A stretch of DNA of 64,000 bases from Sedimentisphaerales bacterium. GTDB taxonomy: Bacteria > Planctomycetota > Phycisphaerae > Sedimentisphaerales > SM23-30. The position numbers and the translations under genes were made by a program. This document shows, piece after piece, positions 48,364 through 55,673 of this stretch. How positions within the stretch are numbered: position 1 is the stretch's first letter; each line of letters begins with the position of its first letter. The notes beneath the pieces are model-generated. The model saw only the letters and a list, made by a program, of their open reading frames with translations, ran no database searches and was not told where the DNA came from. The stretch spans positions 128,001 through 192,000 of the forward strand of contig CAXXFK010000025.1 of assembly GCA_963663965.2 (NCBI GenBank), given 5' to 3'.

Positions 48364-50349
48364 TCAGTCATCCAGAATGATATCGATTTCTGCAGCAGAA
48401 GAAATTTCTTTCCGGGTAGCGGATTCAAGTGAAACAAATTTTAGAAATTGAGTTTCGACAGATTCTGGAAGCCTGATCATTTGTTTTGCGGCAGAATTTT
48501 CAAGTGTGCCGGAGGTGAGTGGTTGGCCCCAGTTGCGACCATCGTTTGAAGCAAAAATCTGGTAATGAGTGCACCGTCCGTTTGGCATATCCTGACGCGG
48601 GTAATAAGTGAGCGCCCGGATCGATTGTGGGCTGTTCAGTTCAATGATCAGTTCATGTGGAAATGGCAGTCGGGGTGTCCAGGGAGTATGCCAGATGGTG
48701 GAGAGATTGCCGTCGATGGCTTTTTCCGGTTGGTTGCCATCAGCGGCTGGAATATTGCTTTTAATCGTAGCGCCCAGTTTTTTCAACATGGACTGGATGG
48801 TAAGTGGCTGAGGTGTATTAGAGACCTTAAGAGTTCCATCTCCGGTGCGGGGTGGAGACATTTGCGCCTCCCACTTTTCGTAAAGACCGGTCAGTTCGCG
48901 GACTACTTCTGGATACTGGTCGGCCAGGTTTTTTTGTTCAGAGATATCCTGCTCAAGATCAAATAACAAAATACCTCCAGGATAAACTATTTCGTTTTCG
49001 TCACGAACGCAAACCTCCTCGACAATTTTATAATTGGAATGGCGCCAACCGATGTTGTGGGCGAGTTTCCAAGGGCCTTTTCGGACGGTCCAGCTATCGT
49101 TGCGACCGTAGGACCAGACGAGATGGTCATGTTGTTGAGTAAGCCGGCCTTTAAGCAGAGGGATCAAACTGAGACCGTCAACATTAGCCGGGATATCTAT
49201 GTCAGCCAGTTCCAGGACTGTCGGGAAAATATCCATAGCAGAGACCAGCGCTTCACTGGTGTGGTTAATCGGCAAGCGCTTGGGGTAAGAAACAATAATC
49301 GGAATGCGAACCCCACCTTCGCCATACATATATTTCCAGCCGCGCAGAGGGGTGTTATTAGAATAGGTATTGATCGTACCGCCGTTATCAGAGAGGAAGA
49401 CAACCAGGGTATCATTCCGTTGATCCGTTTGATCGAGTGTTTCGAGCAGGCGACCGATATTGTCATCCAGCGCCATGAGCTGGGCGATATAGCGTTTGCG
49501 GCCATCAGGAATCACTTCACCAAGAAGCCCCCATTTTTCATGGAAAACAGTGTGGGGTTCCCGGGTGGGCTCCCAATAGGGAAATTGCCATTGTTGGGCG
49601 TTGCGGTCAAAGGGAATAAATTCGACGCCGACCTTTTGGGCATAATGTTGCGGGACGACATAAATAGGAGCATGGACAGCGTTATATTCCAATTCAATGT
49701 AAAATGGTCGGCCATTACGGTCACGGCGTATCAGTTCGATCGCTTCATCAGTAAAGATTTCAGTGGAAAAACCATTTTCATAAGATACTTTCTGGTCGCG
49801 GCCGCGTATCAACGGGCCAACAACCTGACAACCGAAGTCCTTGACGCCTTTTTTTCGATAAGCTTCGACATCTTTTTCGCTAAGCCGGATATAATCCCAG
49901 GTATGAAACATGAAGCCAATGGATTCATCAAATCCGTGATCCAGCGGATGTTCTACCGGACCGCCGTTGAGGTGCGTTTTTCCGATTTTTTTAGAGAGAT
50001 AACCTGAGGGCGCCAGAGCCTGAGGTAAGGTTAATTCGGTAGGGGGCAGGCCTCCGTCACCAAACCAGTAATTGCCCCAGCGTTGCTGATAACGGCCGGT
50101 GATCAGACCACAGCGACTGGGACTGCATATCGGGGAGGTGGCGTAGGCATTGGAGAAATAGGTACCTTGTGCTGCCAGCGAGTCAATGGCCGGGGTATGA
50201 ACATCGGCTGGGGATTGCGACAGGAAACTCAGGTCGGCATAGCCAAGATCGTCGGCAACGATAATGAGAATATTGGGTTTGGTGGATTCGGCCATCAGTG
50301 GTATCGAAAGGATAGCTGTCAACAGCAAGTATAATGGATTAATTTTCAT
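48364..50349 (-). CDS. Cys-type sulfatase (S1 family) with C-terminal F5/8 type C (CBM32-like) domain
   Basis: Signal peptide. Motifs PNILIIVADDLG, CSPSR..LITGR, GKTH, SDNGG, EGGVRIP; AIDGN..T.WHT...Y.PRQ...NGR...Y.I..S.DG..W...AEI. Confidence 0.9.
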   Translation of the reverse strand: MKINPLYLLLTAILSIPLMAESTKPNILIIVADDLGYADLSFLSQSPADVHTPAIDSLAAQGTYFSNAYATSPICSPSRCGLITGRYQQRWGNYWFGDGGLPPTELTLPQALAPSGYLSKKIGKTHLNGGPVEHPLDHGFDESIGFMFHTWDYIRLSEKDVEAYRKKGVKDFGCQVVGPLIRGRDQKVSYENGFSTEIFTDEAIELIRRDRNGRPFYIELEYNAVHAPIYVVPQHYAQKVGVEFIPFDRNAQQWQFPYWEPTREPHTVFHEKWGLLGEVIPDGRKRYIAQLMALDDNIGRLLETLDQTDQRNDTLVVFLSDNGGTINTYSNNTPLRGWKYMYGEGGVRIPIIVSYPKRLPINHTSEALVSAMDIFPTVLELADIDIPANVDGLSLIPLLKGRLTQQHDHLVWSYGRNDSWTVRKGPWKLAHNIGWRHSNYKIVEEVCVRDENEIVYPGGILLFDLEQDISEQKNLADQYPEVVRELTGLYEKWEAQMSPPRTGDGTLKVSNTPQPLTIQSMLKKLGATIKSNIPAADGNQPEKAIDGNLSTIWHTPWTPRLPFPHELIIELNSPQSIRALTYYPRQDMPNGRCTHYQIFASNDGRNWGQPLTSGTLENSAAKQMIRLPESVETQFLKFVSLESATRKEISSAAEIDIILDD

Positions 50350-50612
50350 AATTTATACGTTCAATTTGAGTCTGGTAGGGGATTAACAGTTATTTAGATT
50401 TCAGGGAACCTTGACTATTCTAAATTATAATGGATTACGCTGACAGGTATTAACACAAAATTGTATCAAATTATCGCCATTTTGAGTATGGAAATCATTT
50501 TGTTAACAAGTTCAGAAAATTCGGCTTAGACCTCGAGTTTCAGTTGTCAATCCATTTTCATAAATGGAATTTCCCATTGAAATTCCAATTGGAATGGTAT
50601 ATTACATCGGAT

Positions 50613-51491
50613 ATGAACATAGAGACATCCATCGAAAATACCCGTGATATTATCCGGCAGGCACGAGTTAAAGGTGCGGCTATTGGTTTAGTTCCCACCA
50701 TGGGCGCATTGCATGCCGGTCATTATGCCCTGGTGCAAGCGTGCCGGGAGCAATGCGGCTTTTGTGCAGTAAGTATCTTTGTCAATCCCACGCAATTTGG
50801 TCCGAACGAAGATTTAGATCGATATCCAAGGACCTTTGAAGCCGATTGCCGGGGATGTCGCGATTTGGGAGTAGATCTGGTATTCGCTCCGACTGTTACA
50901 GAAATGTATCCTGATCCTTCGAGTCATATCTGGGTCACGGTCGATACGCTTTCAGATTGCTTATGCGGAGCATCGCGCCCTGATCATTTTAGGGGTGTTT
51001 GTACGGTGGTTAGCAAACTCTTTCATATTATCCAGCCGGATCTGGCCTTTTTCGGCCGAAAAGACGCCCAGCAGCTGGCCATTATCCGGCGGATGGTTCG
51101 GGAACTGGATATTCCGGTCGAAATTATCGGGTGCCCGACAGTACGGGAATCAGATGGATTGGCACTATCCAGCCGTAACCGGTATCTGAATGCAGAAGAA
51201 CGCCGTCAGGCGGTCTGCCTCTTTCAAGCGTTGCAATCCGCCGCAGATGCGATCCGGCAGGGTGTGACTGACTGTCAGGGTATTATCGCCAATATGCGTT
51301 CAATGATTGAAGCGTATCCGGCTTGTCGAATCGATTATATTGAGATGGTCGACAGCGAATTGCTCCAGCCGATCAGCCATCTGGACCAGCCGGCGCTTTT
51401 GGCATTGGCCGTGTTTCTGGGGGCAACCCGTTTGATCGATAATATGAGTATCGAGCCGCAAGGCACGTGTGGCTGGGAAACGGTTCTATAG
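50613..51491 (+). CDS. panC: Pantoate--beta-alanine ligase
   Basis: Motifs VPTMGALHAGH, SIFVNPTQF, RPDHFRGV, FGRKDAQQ, GLALSSRN, RLIDN; ATG at 50613. Confidence 0.95.
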   Translation: MNIETSIENTRDIIRQARVKGAAIGLVPTMGALHAGHYALVQACREQCGFCAVSIFVNPTQFGPNEDLDRYPRTFEADCRGCRDLGVDLVFAPTVTEMYPDPSSHIWVTVDTLSDCLCGASRPDHFRGVCTVVSKLFHIIQPDLAFFGRKDAQQLAIIRRMVRELDIPVEIIGCPTVRESDGLALSSRNRYLNAEERRQAVCLFQALQSAADAIRQGVTDCQGIIANMRSMIEAYPACRIDYIEMVDSELLQPISHLDQPALLALAVFLGATRLIDNMSIEPQGTCGWETVL

Positions 51492-51518
51492 CAATTTGAC
51501 AGGTTTATTAAACCGGTT

Positions 51519-53017
51519 CACAGTCATCCCATAAACTTGCAGACTCTCCGCAAGAACTGGATTTATGAGTCAAAAACAGCCTTTCAGGTCGGTTTTTCCG
51601 GATAGGGAGTTATCACTTTTTTAGCCCTGGTCGCCAAACCTTTGCGGTTGATGCGATATGGCCCATTTTCTGCGGTTGAAAATTTCGTCTGGAAATTTAA
51701 ATCCGCTCAAAACCGGGCAGATATGCCTGCTGAGGGCTTGCAATCATCCTGGGCGAACCACGTGCTGTCCCACAGAAATTCATCACGCTGTAAATATCCA
51801 GCCGGCTAAACATGACACCTCGCAATAAAGTAAACAATCGCTTGAATGTTCCTTTCCATTTACCGAGATAACCGACAAAGCGGATCAGAATGTACGCCAG
51901 CAGAGCCATCCAGACCTGCCAGAGAATAGCGTTCTGGCTATGGCCTACAAAGTCAGCTAACTGCAACGTCTGTTTAATCTGTTTAAAGAACACCTCCACT
52001 CCCCAGCGGCATTATATAGCTCACAAATACTGCTGGGAGCCCATATTATATTGTTGGTTATAAATGAGATGCGTTTTATCTTACCGTCAATTTCCACATC
52101 GGCAGTCACCATCCTGATAGGCTCTGGATACGCTTCATAGCTTTTGGGTGTTTCCAGTTCAACCAAAACATCGCTGATAATATTACCTTTAGGGTCGCTA
52201 AGCGGTTTGATGACTCGATAAGACATGTTGTCTTTCGCTCTGGTAACCCAGAATACCCCCCGACTATCAAGTTCAGCCAGATGCTTGAAATCAACGTATG
52301 CCTTGTCAAAAACGGCTACTTCGCCACTTTGAAGATTCCCGCAAAGCCGATAAGCTTCTGTCGAGTCATGAGTTGAAGCATTCTTGACAATAGCGAACTG
52401 AGGAAGAAAGGTTTGAAGATTAAGCTGCATGTGACATTTAGCGGCGGCTTTGCGTCTGCGATGTTTGGCCCAGTCCATACAATTGGCCACAAGCTTTATC
52501 GTAGTAGAGTCTACGGCATGAATGGTTCTTTTAAACCTCCTGGGCAAACCGGAATAGCGGGCATCACGACCAAAATCTTTATACTTGTTTTGGATATGGG
52601 ACAGCACCTGCCAGAATAATGCCTCTGCCATAGCAGGGTCGCGCACTCGATTGGCATTAGACAGACCATTACGGCTTGGAGGGGTGGCATTACGGATCGT
52701 TGCCAGTGAACCGGCATGGTTCCGTAAGGTATCCGCCACATCATTCAGCGATAGGCTGTGGGCGATCTGAATATGCAGCATTGATACGACATGGGACCAC
52801 GGCGAAAAGGAACGGGATTGCTTATCTATCCCATACTCACGTGCAAGTTTGGGAACGAGAAACGCTGGAATATGCTGGCAAATCTGTTTGAGTATGGTAT
52901 AGTCATGTTTCATGGGTGACATAAGTTGCTCCTGTTTTTATAGTGATTACAGTGTAACTTATGTCATTCTATTTTGAAATAACTACTTGAAATTTAATAG
53001 CCTATGGGATGGCTGTG
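51519..53017 (-). mobile_element. IS4-family insertion sequence, 1499 bp, with terminal inverted repeats and a 9-bp target duplication
   Basis: IRs CACAGTCATCCCATA (51519-51533) and TATGGGATGGCTGTG (53003-53017), one mismatch. Direct repeat AAACCGGTT at 51510-51518 and 53018-53026. Confidence 0.9.
51697..52922 (-). pseudogene. IS4-family transposase (DUF4372 + DDE_Tnp_1), frameshifted
   Basis: Motifs AVDSTTIKL, AAAKCH, VFDKAY. Adding one A at about 52012 restores LYKCRWGVEVFFKQIKQ (YREK motif) and joins ORFs 51957..52922 and 51697..51999. Confidence 0.85.
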
Positions 53018-54044
53018 AAACCGGTTCAATAAAGTAACGGACCGGCTGTTTTTTAAATTCACATACTGATCTTAAAATGTCGTGCTGTCGGGGATGGAGA
53101 TTCTCAAGCATTTGTCGGACAGTTGTTTCAAGTTGAAGGGTATCTTTAGTGTGGGTCATGGCAAACAGGGTGAACGGCCAGTCAGGTGCAGAAGGCCTGT
53201 GGTAACAGTGGCTTACACAAGGGAAGGCGGCCAACTGCCGGCCGGCCTGTTCAATTTGATCGTCGGGAAGATCAAAAACGACCATGGCGTTTACACGATA
53301 GCCCATTTTTTGATGTTTCATGCGTGCGGCCATACGCCGGATAACACCATGCTGAAGCCACAGTTTAATCTGATCGATAACCTGAGATTCGGTCTGGTTG
53401 ATTTTGTTTGCGATCGATAAATAGGGCTGTGGCTCAATCGGCAAGCCGTTTTGTAATTGCCGGATCAATTCTTGCTGACTTTCGGAGATATTAATTTCTG
53501 AAGCTGAGTCGGCAACTTTGGGTGGTAAATGAGGATTATCCGGTTCCAGGGATTCAGATTCGTCTTCTGGATTATCTGCGATATTGAATCTTACTTTCAG
53601 CTTGAACATCTTGATAGTGGGTAAAGAATATACCCGATCCAGGTGGAAACGTGATTTCAGGTGCTGAATATAATCGTCTATGGCCTGCGGGGTGGGTACG
53701 GTCAGGGTAAACCAGAGATTCAAAGGATGATTTCGCTGATAGTTATGCGATACTCCCGGATGGGAACTGACATAGCCCGCCACGGTTTCCAGTTGGTCAT
53801 CCGGGATGGAAGCGGCGATCAGCGTGCTGACATATCCCAGTTTACGTGGTTCAAAAACCGGCCCAATCTGACGGATAATACCTTGATGGAAACACTGATG
53901 CAAAAAGTCCATTATGCTGGAGGAATCCAGTTGAAATTCTGCGGCAAGCCTGTCAAAAGGCCGGGATTCCACTGGAAAACCATGCTGGATGGCATCAATC
54001 ACTTTTTTATGCGCTTGAGATTGGATGTCGAGGAAATCATTCAT
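52983..54044 (-). CDS. Fused siroheme decarboxylase subunits (AhbA/AhbB, NirDL-like; Lrp/AsnC-like folds)
   Basis: Two repeats of Q.G.P....P...A...G.IR. Motifs GVSHNYQR....NLWFT and VSHCY.RP....WP..LFAMTH, EFKK...RYF. The C-terminus reads into the IS end. Confidence 0.85.
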   Translation of the reverse strand: MNDFLDIQSQAHKKVIDAIQHGFPVESRPFDRLAAEFQLDSSSIMDFLHQCFHQGIIRQIGPVFEPRKLGYVSTLIAASIPDDQLETVAGYVSSHPGVSHNYQRNHPLNLWFTLTVPTPQAIDDYIQHLKSRFHLDRVYSLPTIKMFKLKVRFNIADNPEDESESLEPDNPHLPPKVADSASEINISESQQELIRQLQNGLPIEPQPYLSIANKINQTESQVIDQIKLWLQHGVIRRMAARMKHQKMGYRVNAMVVFDLPDDQIEQAGRQLAAFPCVSHCYHRPSAPDWPFTLFAMTHTKDTLQLETTVRQMLENLHPRQHDILRSVCEFKKQPVRYFIEPVSQPSHRLLNFK

Positions 54045-54108
54045 AAGAAAGCCGCTTTACGGATTAGGCACTAACTAATTATATGACAAGATCTTGTATG
54101 ACATTTTC

Positions 54109-54136
54109 TGGACAGTGCCGTTGCCGGGATTATAAT
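54109..54136 (+). promoter_or_regulatory. Sigma70-type promoter directly upstream of murG (leaderless-type spacing)
   Basis: TGGACA-N16-TATAAT, with ATG 7 nt after the -10 box. Confidence 0.55.
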
Positions 54137-54143
54137 ATCCAAC

Positions 54144-55283
54144 ATGAAACAAGATGCATGTCACAATACAGGATGCTTTATTTTAGCAGGTGGAGGAACC
54201 GGAGGCCATTTATATCCGGGTTTTTCTGTAGCGGCAGCAATCAAAAAGCTGGCTCCGGAAGCGGAGATCCTTTTTCTTTGTACGGATCGTCCTTTCGATC
54301 AAAGCCAGATGCCAGGGTGTGGATATCCTTATGAGGTTCAGCCAGTGCGTCCTTTGCCTTCACCGGCGCGGCCGGTAACATGGCTGCCATTTTTGCGCGG
54401 CTGGTTTGGCAGTAAGGCTTTATGTCGAAAAATGATGACCCAACGACATGTCCGGGCAGTATTGGGATTGGGAGGGTATGCCTCCGGTCCGGCGATGAAA
54501 GTGGCGTCGGAACTGAAACTGCCGACCGCCATGCTGAATCCCGATGCCGTGCCAGGAAAAGCCAATCATTTTAGCGCGAGATTGGCAGACCGGATTTTTG
54601 TGCAGTGGGAAGAAACCCTTCCGCACTTTGGCCGTTACGCCTCCAAGTGTATAGTGAGCGGCTGTCCGATCCGGGATGATTTTTCTCATAAATTTGATCG
54701 TCACAAAGCCTGCCGGGAACTCAGGCTATCAACGGATAAAAAAACTCTGGTTATCGTTGGCGGATCACAAGGTGGGCGCAATGTCAACGAGGCAGCCGGC
54801 TGGTGTCTCAATGAACTGGGTTCCCGCTTTCTGGAAAATTGGCAGGTATTTCATATTACCGGGGCTAACGATCTGGATCGAACCAGGGAATTTTATCGCC
54901 AGTATCAATTAACCGTTCGTACTGAACCTTTTGTCGGCGATATGCCGCAATTGCTGGGGATTACCGACTGCCTGATCGGCCGGGCTGGTGCTTCGACACT
55001 GGCGGAATTAACCGCATTTGGGATTCCGGCCATCCTGTTGCCCTATCCTTATCACAAGGATCAGCATCAACTTTACAACGCACAGGTCCTGGCCCGAAAC
55101 CAGGGTGCAAAGATTGTGACCGACTATTGTGATCTGACCAGGACCGGACCGGAACTGCTTAAAACAATGCGTCAATCTCTGGCTGGTGACTCCTTGGAGC
55201 AAATGGCAATCGCTGCCAAAAATCTGGCACGGCCTGGAGCCGCTGATCAAGTGGCCCGGCATTTGATCGGTCTTTTTGAATGA
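54144..55283 (+). CDS. murG: Lipid I N-acetylglucosaminyltransferase
   Basis: Motifs AGGGTGGHLYPG, GLGGYAS.P, PGKAN, G.PIR, GGSQG, RAGASTLAEL, HQ..NA. Confidence 0.92.
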   Translation: MKQDACHNTGCFILAGGGTGGHLYPGFSVAAAIKKLAPEAEILFLCTDRPFDQSQMPGCGYPYEVQPVRPLPSPARPVTWLPFLRGWFGSKALCRKMMTQRHVRAVLGLGGYASGPAMKVASELKLPTAMLNPDAVPGKANHFSARLADRIFVQWEETLPHFGRYASKCIVSGCPIRDDFSHKFDRHKACRELRLSTDKKTLVIVGGSQGGRNVNEAAGWCLNELGSRFLENWQVFHITGANDLDRTREFYRQYQLTVRTEPFVGDMPQLLGITDCLIGRAGASTLAELTAFGIPAILLPYPYHKDQHQLYNAQVLARNQGAKIVTDYCDLTRTGPELLKTMRQSLAGDSLEQMAIAAKNLARPGAADQVARHLIGLFE

Positions 55284-55410
55284 ATACCTGCCTGGAATTC
55301 AGGGTTCAAGAATTTTCTGTAGAGCCCAAGTGTAGACTAACATATTATATGTAAAGGGATTATATTAATAAAAGCCTATATCAAACCGGTGTGCGCTAAA
55401 TAATTTTATT

Positions 55411-55440
55411 TTGACAGGCTATTGGGCAATTTGATATTAT
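55411..55440 (+). promoter_or_regulatory. Sigma70-type promoter candidate for the pectate lyase gene
   Basis: TTGACA-N18-TATTAT with extended -10 TG. Confidence 0.5.
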
Positions 55441-55673
55441 ATCAAGTATTGAGAAATTAATGATCTTTGAATCAAACAAAGGACCGGAAAATTGACAGCA
55501 TTTATGGGAACTGGCGGGATTTAGACCAGAACCGGTCATTTTATTCAGTCATATTTCAAAAAAGTGTAATCGGATATTTGTTGACTATTGAAATGATGTC
55601 ATAGGCAGAACAGGGATATTCCTGTTTGCATCGTCAGGTATTGATTTTTTACCTGATAACCGGAGATAAGGTT

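Noticed and set aside
55335..55365. dif-like site, considered because xerC is in the window
   Set aside because: Poor match to the XerC/XerD arms; it fits the 25-bp dyad motif better.
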